The position numbers and the translations under genes are program-made. Shown one piece after another: positions 31,727 to 43,541 of a DNA stretch of 64,000 nucleotides (the stretch's first letter is position 1; each line of letters starts with the position of its first letter). Source of the stretch: an uncultured Acidobacteriota bacterium (GTDB taxonomy: Bacteria > Acidobacteriota > JAQAZP01); assembly GCA_963836075.1 (NCBI GenBank), contig CAWIIB010000009.1, forward strand, positions 2,784,001 to 2,848,000. Direction: 5' to 3'. The notes under the pieces were generated by a model. The model made no database searches, was not told the DNA's origin, and worked only from the letters and a program-made list of their open reading frames with translations.

Positions 31727-33913
31727 TTGTCTCCGTCCCGGCGGCAACCTTGCGCGGGTGCCGTAAAACCCCTAGAATCATCAGGCACACTCAACGGACC
31801 CACGCCGGAGAGACCCAAGTTGACCTCGAAGCCATCGCATCGCACAGCCGGCAGCCTGCTCTTCCAGCCCCTGCTGGTGGGCCTGGTCTGCGGGATGACC
31901 TGGGGCTGGCTGCAGGCCGCCCGACTGGCCCTGACCACCCGTCATGCAATGGGTCTCCGCCAGTGGAGCGACGTGCTCAGCTATGCCGGGCTGTCCCACG
32001 GCCTGCTCTGGATGCTCCACGGCCTGTTCTTCGGCGGAATCTGTGCCGTCCTGCTGCTGGCCCTCCCCGGCCTGCGCCGATCGGTTCGCGCCGGCGCTCT
32101 CGGCGTGGGGCTTTTCCTCGCCGGCGCCCTCACCCTCCAGGCCTGGTGCGTCACCGCGGAACACTTGCCCCAGGCCCAGGGTGTGCACCTCTCCTGGCTG
32201 GTCTGGATGGGTCTTTGCTGGGGCCTGCTGCTGGCCGCGGTTTACGGCATCTCCCACCTGGCGGCGCCGACACTGGTGGGCCGGCTGACAGCCACCCTGG
32301 GCCGCTGGGCCTTCTGGCCGGCGGTGCTGGCGCTGGTGGCGAGCGTGGGCATCCAGTGGGTCGAGCGCCCGCGGATCCTGCCCGAAACGGCGAAGTGGGA
32401 GGAAGCGGGCGACGCCGCCGCGCCGGAGGGGGACGCGCCGAACATCGTGCTGCTGGTGCTGGATACCCAGCGCATCGACCGTCTCGGCTGCTACGGCTGC
32501 CCGCGGCCCACCACGCCGCGCCTCGACCGTTTTGCCGGCGATGCCGTGGTCTACGACAACTATATTTCCACCGCGGTCTGGACCCTCCCCTCCCACGCGT
32601 CCATGTTCACCGGCCTGTTCCCCAGCGAGCACGGCTCCAGCTGGAACCACATCTGGCTCGATGAGCGGTTCACCACCATGGCCGAGATCCTGGCCGAAGC
32701 GGGCTACCAGAACTTTGGCCTGAGCAACAATGTGGTGGTTTCGCCGCACACCAACACGGCCCAGGGGTTCCACCGCTTCGTCATGCCCCAGGCCATCTCC
32801 AACGCCCGCGGGACCTACCTGGAGAAATTTCTCGACCGGGTGCTCTACCCGGCGGGCCGGGTGGGGAAGTGGCTGGGCCGGTTCACCGGGCAGGACCAGG
32901 GGGCCAAGTACACCAACCAGATCGCGGCCCGCTGGCTCAAGGGGCGGGACTCCAGCCGGCCCTTCTTCCTCTTTGTCAATTACCTCGAGCCCCACGACCC
33001 GTTCCGGCCCACCGACCCCTACCGCAAGCTGTTCGTCGAGCCGGGAGACATCAGCGATTCCCACCGCCTGAACTGGGACGCCATCGCCGAGTTCGCGATC
33101 ATGAAGAGCGACCACTACTCGGCGGAAGAGCTGGAGATCCTCGGCGACACCTACGACGCCGAGACCCGGCTCACCGACGACCGGCTGGGCCAGCTGCTGG
33201 AGATCATCGCCGCGGAAACAGTCCTCGACGATACGCTGGTCATCATCACCTCCGACCATGGCGAGAACCTCGGCGACCACCACCTGCTGCGCCACGCCTG
33301 GTGCGTCTACGACACCCTGGCCCACCTCCCGCTGATCCTGCGCTATCCGGCCCGGATCGAGCCGGGCCGGGTGGCCGAGATCACCCAGACCGTTGACCTG
33401 CTGCCCACGGTGCTCGACGCGGTGCACGGCCGGCCGCCGGCCGCGGTGACCGGCGGGGCACGGTCGCTGCTCAGCCCGGTCGTGCTGCCGGAGACCGCCG
33501 CGGATGAGGTTGACGCGGGGCAGGACGAGCCGCTGTTCCCGGAACTGGCCGGACGGGCCGCGATCATCGAATACAACGCGCCGAACCGGTCCCATATCGA
33601 CGCGGCCCAGCAGAAGCGGCTGCGCATGGACCGCACGCCCTTCGAGAGCACGATCTACGGCATCCGCCAGGGGCCCTGGAAGTACATCACCTACCGCGAC
33701 GGCCGGCAGGAGCTGTTCAACGTTGTGCAGGACCGGGGCGAGACCGAAAACCTGGTGCAGGCCCACCCCGCCGTCGTGGAACGGCTGACCGCTGAGCTTC
33801 ACCGCTGGCGCGCCGGCCTGGTCCCCTACCAGGCCTCGGGAGCCGATTCCGGCATGGAGGAGACCGACGAGGCGACCCTCAGCCGTCTCAGGGAACTGGG
33901 CTACCTGCAGTAG
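31727..33913 (+). CDS. Membrane-anchored sulfatase-like hydrolase/transferase
   Basis: About 5 N-terminal TM segments; PNIVLLVLDTQRID, WTLPSHASMFTG, NYLEPH, TSDHGE, LRELGY. Start uncertain. Confidence 0.82.
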   Translation: MSPSRRQPCAGAVKPLESSGTLNGPTPERPKLTSKPSHRTAGSLLFQPLLVGLVCGMTWGWLQAARLALTTRHAMGLRQWSDVLSYAGLSHGLLWMLHGLFFGGICAVLLLALPGLRRSVRAGALGVGLFLAGALTLQAWCVTAEHLPQAQGVHLSWLVWMGLCWGLLLAAVYGISHLAAPTLVGRLTATLGRWAFWPAVLALVASVGIQWVERPRILPETAKWEEAGDAAAPEGDAPNIVLLVLDTQRIDRLGCYGCPRPTTPRLDRFAGDAVVYDNYISTAVWTLPSHASMFTGLFPSEHGSSWNHIWLDERFTTMAEILAEAGYQNFGLSNNVVVSPHTNTAQGFHRFVMPQAISNARGTYLEKFLDRVLYPAGRVGKWLGRFTGQDQGAKYTNQIAARWLKGRDSSRPFFLFVNYLEPHDPFRPTDPYRKLFVEPGDISDSHRLNWDAIAEFAIMKSDHYSAEELEILGDTYDAETRLTDDRLGQLLEIIAAETVLDDTLVIITSDHGENLGDHHLLRHAWCVYDTLAHLPLILRYPARIEPGRVAEITQTVDLLPTVLDAVHGRPPAAVTGGARSLLSPVVLPETAADEVDAGQDEPLFPELAGRAAIIEYNAPNRSHIDAAQQKRLRMDRTPFESTIYGIRQGPWKYITYRDGRQELFNVVQDRGETENLVQAHPAVVERLTAELHRWRAGLVPYQASGADSGMEETDEATLSRLRELGYLQ

Positions 33914-33964
33914 AACCCGCTTCCGGTCGCGCCGCCGCTCGCCGGCGGCACGATTCCTTTCGCT

Positions 33965-35116
33965 TCAATCCGTATTCAATATTTTTCGCTCTCTGTCCGC
34001 GTCAAGCAGGTCCGCGTGAATACCGGCGGCAACGATTGCTTCCCCGGCCTGGCCGTAGTGTCCGTCGCTGCGAGATCTGAAAAAAGAGACGATCTCATCG
34101 CCCTGTTCCAGATGCGGCAGAAAGTAGCTCAGGGCATCGAAGGTCAGTGGATGCCGGCCGCGGATCTTCCGGTAGAAGCCTTGGTACACCGTTTTTCCGT
34201 TTTTCGAATAGTTCATCATGTCCAGGGAGTTGGGGAAGAAAAGGATGATCGGGACCGCTCCGTTGTCTTCGGCGCGCCGGATGAACCGGAAAATAATCTG
34301 TTCGAGGATGGAGCGGGCGTCGGGATCCTCGTACAGGTCGAAGTAATCCATCCGTTTCTCGACGATCGAATCATAGTAGTACCCTACATAGTAGGGGAGG
34401 GCGGGAATCAGGCAGCAGGAGAATGGGAAGCCGGCATGACGGTTCAGGTTGTACCGGTCGTAGTAGCCGTACCAGTAGTCGCCCTTTCCAACGTTTCTGA
34501 GAAAATCCATATTGTCGAGCAGGGCCAGTTCATCCCCGGTCCTGATCGGATTGGGCACCAGAACCAGTCTGTCTTCTTGATCCAGGTCAAACCTGGGTTT
34601 TGTAAAATAGAGGTTCGAGCGCCTCATGTAAAAACCACGATACCTGTTGACGACCCTGGCAATATTCTCGGACATGATGCCCAGAAGCACATACGGGGTT
34701 TGGACCTTGCCGACATATCTTTTTTCGAATCTCAGGTATGCCTGGTCAGTCCCGTAACCGCCCACACCGAAATTCAGCACGGGGCGCCCGATTTTCTGTT
34801 CGAGCAGTCCGGCCCATGACCGGGCGATATCGGGATGACCCTTGGTGAAGCTGTCCCCAAACAGGCTGACAGCGGCTTTTTCGACGTTTTTCGGTTTTCC
34901 CCGGTATCCGTGTTTATTCGGGTATCTGGGCTCCCAGCCCAGGTCGTGGCTGAAGAGGCTGAGCATGGACGCCCTGGGTTCGTCCTGTTCCTCGTTGCGG
35001 GGCAGAAAAAAACTGAGCCGGTTGATCACCAGGAAAGAACAAAGTTCAACCATGATCAACAGGACGGCCAGGGTCAGAGTGATCATGATAACCGTCTGTT
35101 TTGTCTCACGCTTCAT
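33965..35116 (-). CDS. SGNH/GDSL-like hydrolase family membrane-anchored protein
   Basis: N-terminal TM; LFGDSFT, NFGVGGYGTDQ, DGHY; visibly lower GC than its neighbours. Confidence 0.7.
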   Translation of the reverse strand: MKRETKQTVIMITLTLAVLLIMVELCSFLVINRLSFFLPRNEEQDEPRASMLSLFSHDLGWEPRYPNKHGYRGKPKNVEKAAVSLFGDSFTKGHPDIARSWAGLLEQKIGRPVLNFGVGGYGTDQAYLRFEKRYVGKVQTPYVLLGIMSENIARVVNRYRGFYMRRSNLYFTKPRFDLDQEDRLVLVPNPIRTGDELALLDNMDFLRNVGKGDYWYGYYDRYNLNRHAGFPFSCCLIPALPYYVGYYYDSIVEKRMDYFDLYEDPDARSILEQIIFRFIRRAEDNGAVPIILFFPNSLDMMNYSKNGKTVYQGFYRKIRGRHPLTFDALSYFLPHLEQGDEIVSFFRSRSDGHYGQAGEAIVAAGIHADLLDADRERKILNTD

Positions 35117-35128
35117 CTTGTCCGCGCC

Positions 35129-35297
35129 CATCCCGCTCCGTAACCGGCTTTTTATCCGTAATTCCAGTGAGGAGATAACCATGGCCGAGTTCAGTTGCCA
35201 GGCCCCCTTCCCCCTGGGTGAGGACACCACCGAATACCGCCTGCTGACCGCCGACCACGTGTCGGTGGAGACTTTTGGCGACCGCGAGATGGTTGTG
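35129..35297 (+). repeat. Degenerate duplicate of the fumA leader and first 39 codons (other copy 38673-38841)
   Basis: Ungapped manual alignment of 169 nt with 14 mismatches; encodes [22 protein letters not shown] versus [22 protein letters not shown]. Confidence 0.95.
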
Positions 35298-35386
35298 GGG
35301 ACTCACTCTGGACATCCGATGCCCGGGAACGCGGAGTCGCTGTGGTTAACGGCCGGCCGCGGCGGACCGCGGCCGGCGGGTGAGGA

Positions 35387-38086
35387 TTATTTCGAGGGAG
35401 GCGGGGCGCAGCTGATGGTCAGGTCATACACCCCCTCATTTGCGGAATAGCCCTCCACCTGTACCACGTAGGTCCCCACGGTGAGGTCCATTTCCATGGT
35501 GGAGAGGAGGCCCGACGAACCGCCCAGGCAGTTGTCGTCATTGGATAAAATCTCGTTGCCGCAGCAAGCATCGTCATAGAGCCTGATGTAGGTGTCATAG
35601 TAGTCGGTGAACGTGCCGCAGGTGGTGATCGTGTAGAACCCCCCCTCCTGCACCTCGAACCGGTAGAAGTGGTCGCCGGACGCGTTGCCGCACCAGTTGG
35701 TGGCGCCGGTGGTGTCTCCGGTGACGTTGAGTACATCGCCGCACATCATGGGTCCGAGGTCCACGGTGTCGTCCTCGCACGAGCCGACGACTGGTTCGAA
35801 GCCGATGGTGAAGGCGTACTCGGAACCGCAGGGAATCCCTGTAAACACCGACGGACCGACCCACAGCCAGAAGTCGCCCGGCGAGACGAGGGCCTCGAGA
35901 TAGGTTTCGGTGAGCGCCTCCGCGGTGATGCTGGTGAGGATGGTGTAGTCGATACAGTCCCCGGAACCGGTGTCGATGATGAACATCAGCAGCGGGAAGT
36001 CGGCGCAGCACGTCATGGAGAGCGTGCCGGTCTCCGCCGTTGACACCAGATACCAGTCGGTGTCGCGGTTGTCAAGGCCGGCGACCTGGTAGGTTCCTGA
36101 CTCGCCGCAAATCACGTCACCGATATTTGCGCTGGAGAAGACCGGCGGGATGGAATTGCACCCTCCGTTGTACATGTCCTCGTATTCGTCGCCGCAAAGC
36201 GGTTCACCCTCGGGAATGCCGCCGGGGGGGCAGGTGGGGTCGCAAAACACTGGACAGTCCACCTCGAAGAGGTCCATGTAGTAGACACCGCAATCGCCGC
36301 CGTATCCGTCGATCACGATGTAGTAGGTGTTGCCGCCCGCGAGGAACAGCTGCTCGATCCTCGAGCGGAAGGCGATACTACAGTCGGCGTCGTCGTTGCA
36401 GGCGTATGGAGCGCCCGGCGTCCAGGCGTTTTCATATACATACACCTTCGTGTCGTACTCGGAGGTGCACAGATCGATGTCGACGCACATGTCTGCCGCC
36501 GGCATGAACGAGTACACCACGTCCGGCGAGGTGGAGCCAACGTACGGGCAGGCCTCGTCGTAGTCGTCGAAGCAGGCGCAGGTGCTGCCGGTGGCGCTGA
36601 ACGGCAGCCCGTCCACCGGAATGGCGAGCTCGATGGTGTCGCCCTCGCACGGTTCATACGCGGTGACCACCACGTCGGCCATGCACGTGCTGCCGGACGG
36701 TGGGTAGGGCGGCTGATTGAATGGCGGATAGGTCACATCCTCGACCGCCAGATGGAACAGGTTGTCTCCCAGGAGCTGGTCGAATTCCGGAAGGATGAAA
36801 CCCCAGTCGTAGACCATGCTGGACATCCACGGCAAGTTGGTGTACCCGGCCCGCCAGTTGGGGAAGTAGAGGCCGCTCCCCGTTGTGAGGTCCAGGTGTG
36901 CGGCGACAACGCGGCCGCCGGGCCGCCCCGCGGGCGGCGGCAGGAGGTTTGACAACGTTACGGAGAAGAACGTGCTGAGCGGCAGTTCGCCGGCGGTGGG
37001 CACGATCGTCAGCCCGCAGTCGATGGTTGGCGGGAAGACGCCGCCGGTGTCCACGGTCATCACGTACGGTGAGCCGCAGGGCACACCGTCGAACACGGAC
37101 GGACCGACCCAGAGCCAGTACCAGCCGTTGCCCACGTCGGCGCTGAGCGTGACCTCCTCGTTGGCTTCGGCGGTGATGCTGGTGAGGATGGTGTACGAAC
37201 TGCAGTCACCGGGTGCCGGCGCCTGGATGATGAACATCAGGACCGGGAAGTCGGCGCAGCACGTCATTGAAAGCGTACCCGCGCTGCCCATGCCGATTTC
37301 ATACCAGTCGGTGTCGCGGTAGCTGGAGCCCTCAAACAGGTAGGTCCCTGACTCGCCGCAGATCACGTCACCATCGGCCGCGTAGGAGAAGACCGGCGTG
37401 ATGGAATTGCAGCCGCCGTTGTACATGTCATCGTAGTCGTCGCCGCAAAGGGGCTCACCCTCGGGAATGCCGCCGGGGGGACAGGTGGCGTCGCAGAATG
37501 TCGGGCAGTCGACCTCGAAGAGGTCCATGTAATAGACACCGCAAGCGCCGCCGTATCCGTCGATCACGATGTAGTAGGTGTTGCCGCCCACGAGGAGCAG
37601 CTGTTCGATCCTCGATCGATAGAGGATACTGCAGTCGGCGTCGTCGTTGCAGGCGTACGGAGCGCCCGGCGTCCAGGCATTTTCATACACGTACACCTTC
37701 GTGTCGTACTCGGAGGTGCACAGATCGATGGTGACGCACATGTCTGCCGCCGGCATGAACGAGTACACCACGTCCGGAGAGGTGGAGCCAGCGAACGGGC
37801 AGGCCTCGTCGTAGTCGTCGACGAAGCCGCAGGTGTCGCCGCTGTCGAAATACGGCAGCGCGGCGATGGGAAGGGCGGTGGCGATGTCCTCACCACCCAC
37901 GCGATCGGGATTGAGAATCTGCTTCCCGGGCGTGACCATGGGTTTGGCGGCAGCGGAACTGCTTGTGGTGATCCACGTGGTTTGCACTGGCGCTGCCACG
38001 TTGCTTGGCGTGTGGGTTTCGGCCCATGCGCCGGCAACGCCAATGGCCAGCATGAAAAGGATGATGACAAATCTCGTGCGGATCAT
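35387..38086 (-). CDS. Large secreted Cys/Asp-rich protein with an internal duplication and PPC-like domains
   Basis: AAGGAG RBS before ATG 38086; signal peptide; two ~260-aa copies (DDYDEACP..STSPDVVY...DTDWY...WLWVGPS); C-terminal DTYIRLY..NDD..VEGY. Confidence 0.8.
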   Translation of the reverse strand: MIRTRFVIILFMLAIGVAGAWAETHTPSNVAAPVQTTWITTSSSAAAKPMVTPGKQILNPDRVGGEDIATALPIAALPYFDSGDTCGFVDDYDEACPFAGSTSPDVVYSFMPAADMCVTIDLCTSEYDTKVYVYENAWTPGAPYACNDDADCSILYRSRIEQLLLVGGNTYYIVIDGYGGACGVYYMDLFEVDCPTFCDATCPPGGIPEGEPLCGDDYDDMYNGGCNSITPVFSYAADGDVICGESGTYLFEGSSYRDTDWYEIGMGSAGTLSMTCCADFPVLMFIIQAPAPGDCSSYTILTSITAEANEEVTLSADVGNGWYWLWVGPSVFDGVPCGSPYVMTVDTGGVFPPTIDCGLTIVPTAGELPLSTFFSVTLSNLLPPPAGRPGGRVVAAHLDLTTGSGLYFPNWRAGYTNLPWMSSMVYDWGFILPEFDQLLGDNLFHLAVEDVTYPPFNQPPYPPSGSTCMADVVVTAYEPCEGDTIELAIPVDGLPFSATGSTCACFDDYDEACPYVGSTSPDVVYSFMPAADMCVDIDLCTSEYDTKVYVYENAWTPGAPYACNDDADCSIAFRSRIEQLFLAGGNTYYIVIDGYGGDCGVYYMDLFEVDCPVFCDPTCPPGGIPEGEPLCGDEYEDMYNGGCNSIPPVFSSANIGDVICGESGTYQVAGLDNRDTDWYLVSTAETGTLSMTCCADFPLLMFIIDTGSGDCIDYTILTSITAEALTETYLEALVSPGDFWLWVGPSVFTGIPCGSEYAFTIGFEPVVGSCEDDTVDLGPMMCGDVLNVTGDTTGATNWCGNASGDHFYRFEVQEGGFYTITTCGTFTDYYDTYIRLYDDACCGNEILSNDDNCLGGSSGLLSTMEMDLTVGTYVVQVEGYSANEGVYDLTISCAPPPSK

Positions 38087-38724
38087 GTTTTCACTCCTTT
38101 GGGATTGGGCGGTCCGGGAAAACGGTGGGGGCCCCGCTTTGCGGGCGCGTTCACCGGGGGTGCCAACAGCCTTGCGGCTACGGCTGGGGGGGCCTCGCGT
38201 CATTGAGTCCATCCGCTGACACCTTTTGTGCCGCGCGCCTGTCTCTCGACGGAGATGATGCGGCGTCGGCGTTTCACAGTAGGATTTGGATGCCAGACCA
38301 TGTGCTCGGAGTGCTGATTCAGGCCGAGGGCGACAGGGAGCGGGGGACGGTGTCCTCCAGGATCGGCCACTTCCTGGAATCACCGCGCATGATGTGCAAT
38401 TGTAGTGGGGGGCAGCCGCTGTTGCTCGGTCCGTTCCCGGACCTCTTCTCCGCGTACGAAAACTTGGATGCAAACACTAGATTATTAATAATAGGTAAAA
38501 TCCTTCATATTGTCAACAGTAATATGTTTCCTCAATCATGGAAAAGGGGGGTGCCCCCTTGAACCGGGTCCATGGCCGCGGCTGGGGCTATGACGGCACC
38601 GTGCTCACCGCCATGGACCAGCTGGATTTCAACGGGTTCCACCCGCTTCCGGCCCGCGCCGGGTCGTGATATCATCCCGCTCCGTAACCGGCTTTTTACC
38701 TGAAATACCAGCGAGGAGAGAACC

Positions 38725-40332
<1,608 letters not shown>

Positions 40333-40339
40333 AAATACC

Positions 40340-40370
40340 GGGGGCACCCGGAATGGGTGTCCCCTTTTTT
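40340..40370 (+). terminator. Rho-independent terminator after fumA
   Basis: GGGGGCACCC-ggaat-GGGTGTCCCC followed by T6. Confidence 0.75.
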
Positions 40371-40391
40371 CGTGTTCGCTTGCGCTGTTGC

Positions 40392-43300
40392 CTAGTCCAG
40401 ACCGTGCTTGGCCAGCCAGGAGCGGTAGGTGGTGGTGGTCACCCCCATCAGGGCGGCGGTGAGCGACGGCTGCTTCGGAATCCGTTCGGCCACGATGGAA
40501 AGCAGGTTCAGGCGCGCCTTCTCCAGGTGGTTCTCGCCGGCGGTCAGATCAGACCGCAGCCAGTCGGCGATGAGCGGTCGAACCGTGTCCCATTCCGGGG
40601 AGCGGGGAGAGAGCCCGGATTCGGCATCGGTCAGGACCCGGGAAATCTTGCGGCGGAAGGTGGTTTCCGGGATTCCGAGCATCCTGGCCCCGCGGCTGTG
40701 CACACCGCTGGTGGCGTTCCAGGCCTCCAGGACCAGATCCTCATCGAGCCACCGCCCCAGCGGCACCGCCCCGCGCCCGCCCCTGGCGGCGGCAAGCTGC
40801 ACCTGCCGGTCGAGGGCGTTGGCCAGAGCGGCCCGCGCCGATTCCGCCGGCAGGGGGCTGCCGCTTCCGGAGGCCGCCGGCATGGCGGGCGGCGCTTCGT
40901 CTCCCGCAGCGATGGAGTCGGTCCCGGTCCGGCCCGCGGGGGCAGGCTGCTGCCTCTCCGGCACTGTCGACGGGGCCTCCGTGTCCGTCTCCATCCCCAG
41001 TGATCCCAGATCGATGTCCCCGCCCTCGGAGAGGATCACCGCCTTCATCACCCGGTTCTGGAGTTCCCTGACATTGCCGGGCCAGCCGTAGGCCAGCATC
41101 CCGGCTTCGGCCTCGCGGCTGAACCGGCGAACTCCCTTCTGGTACTGGACGGCATAGAGGTTGAGAAAGTGCTCGGCGAGATGAAGGATGTCGCCCGGCC
41201 GGTGGCGCAGCGCCGGCGACTCGATGCTGACCACATTGAGCCGGTGGTAGAGGTCCTCGCGAAACCGACCGGCCTCCACTTCACGGCGCAGGTCCCGGTT
41301 GGTGACAGCCACCAGACGCACATCGACCTCAACGGAGCGGGTTCCGCCCACCGTGGTGATCTGCTTCTCCTGGACAAAGCGGAGCAGCTTGCTCTGCACC
41401 TCCAGCGGGAGCTCGCCGATTTCGTCCAGCATCATCGTCCCCCCGTTCGCTTCGGCCAACCGTCCCCGGGCACTCTCCTGTGCTCCGGTGTACGCGCCCT
41501 TTTCCCGGCCGAACAGTTCGCTGTCGATGAGGCTGGAGGCGATGGCCCCGCAGTCCACCACCACGAACGGCTTTTCCCTCCGGTCACTCATCTCGTGAAT
41601 GGTGCGGGTGAGCAGTTCCTTTCCGGTCCCGCTTTCCCCGGTGATCAGAACCGTGGCCTCGGTGGGCGCCACCCGGCGGACCATGGTGAGCACCGACTCC
41701 ATTTCCGCGGAGCGGCTGACCAGCCGCGCCTGTCCCAGCGCACGACGCAGATCGCTCAGCTCCGCCCGGAGCAGCGATCGCTGCTCTTCCTGGCGGGAAC
41801 GGTCCAGGGCGGCCAGCCGGGCGTGGTTCAGCGCCGCGGCCAGCTGGTCGGAGAGGGCCTTGAGAAACAGCAGGTCCGAGGGCTCGAGAGCCATGGCCAC
41901 GTCACCGCCGTCGAGGTAGAGGCACCCGAGACGGGTGCCCTGGGAAACCAGCGGCACCGCCCAGCTAATCACCGACGCACCCTGTCCCGTGCCCTTTTCG
42001 GTCCACTCCACCGGCTGGGTGGCACTCAATGCCTTTTTGAGCAGCAGCTTCTGGGCCTTGTTCAGGTTCAGACTGTCTTTGGGATCTCCGGGTGCGGAAC
42101 TGCTGATCCGCACGGCCACCGGACTGAGCTCGTTTTCACCGTTGAAGAGGAGCAAGGCCACCCGTTCCGGTTTAAACGCCGCCTTCAACCGCTCCACGGT
42201 CTGGATGGCCAGGTCATCCGGGTTGGGGTTGGCGGAGATGATCCCCACGGTGTCCCACAGCAACAGCATGTTGCGATAGTCTTTGGCCAGGTCTGCGGTG
42301 AAGATCCCGCTGAGCCGGTCGTGGCTGCCCGTTTCGTCGTTGTCGTCGTCCACCCCCCCGGTGACGATCCGTCCGCCGCCCGTCTTTTTTGCCACGTGCA
42401 GCGCCCGGTCGGCCTTGCGGAACAGTTCCATCGCCACCTCCCGAGCATCGTCATACGCGGCGGGGATGAACTCTGTCAGCCCGATGCTGAATCCCAGACG
42501 GACCGCTCCCCGGAAATAGGCCCCTTCGGTAAGCTTCGAGCGGAGGTTCCCGGCCACCAGGGTTCCGTTGTCGAGGCCGGTGTCAGGCAGGACCACGGGA
42601 AAGATCGCCCCGCCGTAGCGGTGGACCACGTCCGTGGTCCGGACCAACTCGGTGAGCCTGCCGGCGATCTCGCGAATCACCGCATCACCGGTTTTGCGGT
42701 CGAAATGCTCGTTCACCACATCGAAGTCGTCGGGATTGACCAGCAGCAGAGTGAACGGGCGCTTCCGGTTCACCGCCTGCTCCACAGCCTGCACCAGAAG
42801 ATCCTCGAACCGCACACGGCCGGGAACCCCGCTCACCGGGTCGTCGATCATTGCCGACACCTGCTGCGCGTGGAGGGCGAGTGCTGCTCCCAGGGCGATG
42901 ATCCAGTCCCTCCACCGGCCAAACTCCCGGGGAGAAGCCTTTTCATCCAGCAAGGTCCGGATCCCGGAATGGTCGCCGTCCTTTATCCGCAGGCCGATCC
43001 AGATACCGGGATGATCCACCGGCACGCCACCCTCCAAATCGGTGGTTCGCCGTGTGGGACACGGTTCACCATGTTCAGTGGGGTCCAGCCCGGGGATTGA
43101 CCCAGGTGGCCGGACCCGGATCAGGAGACCTCCGTTGGTGGAACTGTCGATCTTCCACAGAAGCTGTTTCGGGTCGACCCCCGTGTAACCCTGTTCCCTC
43201 CGGTAGCGGTGGCTGAACTCCGCCGCCGCGTCGATGTCGACGAATTCGGCCACCGGGGGATCCTCACCGTCGTGGAGCAGGAGAGGTTCGCGGAGCCCGC

Positions 43301-43532
43301 CCGAGGAGGGTGGGAGATAGAGCGAGACGGTTGTTGCGCCCACGAAACTGCGGAGCAGTCGCACGCACGCCCGGAGGATGTCGGTGGACCTGAAATGAAG
43401 GGGCAGATCGCCCACGTTGCCTCCACTGCGGCCCGTCGAGAAAAAGGGCCGATCAAACGAGGACACCGTTGGCCGGCCTTCCTGCCGGCATCGGACCGCA
43501 TCCGGTAGCGAAATGCGGGACAGCTTCTCCAC
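40392..43532 (-). CDS. Sigma54-dependent activator with degenerate GGDEF, GAF, AAA+ and HTH-like domains
   Basis: DPVSGV, RTTDVVHRYGGAIF, FSIG, ADRALHVAK; GAF-like AVPLV..LGCLYLD; GESGTGKE, GAYTGA, LDEIGE, WPGNVRELQN; RGARMLGI..TTF. Confidence 0.88.
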   Translation of the reverse strand: MEKLSRISLPDAVRCRQEGRPTVSSFDRPFFSTGRSGGNVGDLPLHFRSTDILRACVRLLRSFVGATTVSLYLPPSSGGLREPLLLHDGEDPPVAEFVDIDAAAEFSHRYRREQGYTGVDPKQLLWKIDSSTNGGLLIRVRPPGSIPGLDPTEHGEPCPTRRTTDLEGGVPVDHPGIWIGLRIKDGDHSGIRTLLDEKASPREFGRWRDWIIALGAALALHAQQVSAMIDDPVSGVPGRVRFEDLLVQAVEQAVNRKRPFTLLLVNPDDFDVVNEHFDRKTGDAVIREIAGRLTELVRTTDVVHRYGGAIFPVVLPDTGLDNGTLVAGNLRSKLTEGAYFRGAVRLGFSIGLTEFIPAAYDDAREVAMELFRKADRALHVAKKTGGGRIVTGGVDDDNDETGSHDRLSGIFTADLAKDYRNMLLLWDTVGIISANPNPDDLAIQTVERLKAAFKPERVALLLFNGENELSPVAVRISSSAPGDPKDSLNLNKAQKLLLKKALSATQPVEWTEKGTGQGASVISWAVPLVSQGTRLGCLYLDGGDVAMALEPSDLLFLKALSDQLAAALNHARLAALDRSRQEEQRSLLRAELSDLRRALGQARLVSRSAEMESVLTMVRRVAPTEATVLITGESGTGKELLTRTIHEMSDRREKPFVVVDCGAIASSLIDSELFGREKGAYTGAQESARGRLAEANGGTMMLDEIGELPLEVQSKLLRFVQEKQITTVGGTRSVEVDVRLVAVTNRDLRREVEAGRFREDLYHRLNVVSIESPALRHRPGDILHLAEHFLNLYAVQYQKGVRRFSREAEAGMLAYGWPGNVRELQNRVMKAVILSEGGDIDLGSLGMETDTEAPSTVPERQQPAPAGRTGTDSIAAGDEAPPAMPAASGSGSPLPAESARAALANALDRQVQLAAARGGRGAVPLGRWLDEDLVLEAWNATSGVHSRGARMLGIPETTFRRKISRVLTDAESGLSPRSPEWDTVRPLIADWLRSDLTAGENHLEKARLNLLSIVAERIPKQPSLTAALMGVTTTTYRSWLAKHGLD

Positions 43533-43541
43533 CCTATCGGC

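Noticed and set aside
34842-35450. 202-aa ORF containing the FumA N-terminus as a real chimeric gene
   Set aside because: It overlaps two opposite-strand genes, and only the duplicated 39 codons are meaningful.
38150-38296. Sigma54 promoter candidates (TGGCAC, CGGCAC, TGGCAT) on the minus strand
   Set aside because: None has GC at the required GG-N10-GC spacing.
38087-38473. N-terminal extension of the 1028-aa ORF (similarly 6438, 12816, 20300 and 60118 starts)
   Set aside because: RBS, signal peptides and gene overlaps support the downstream starts used here.
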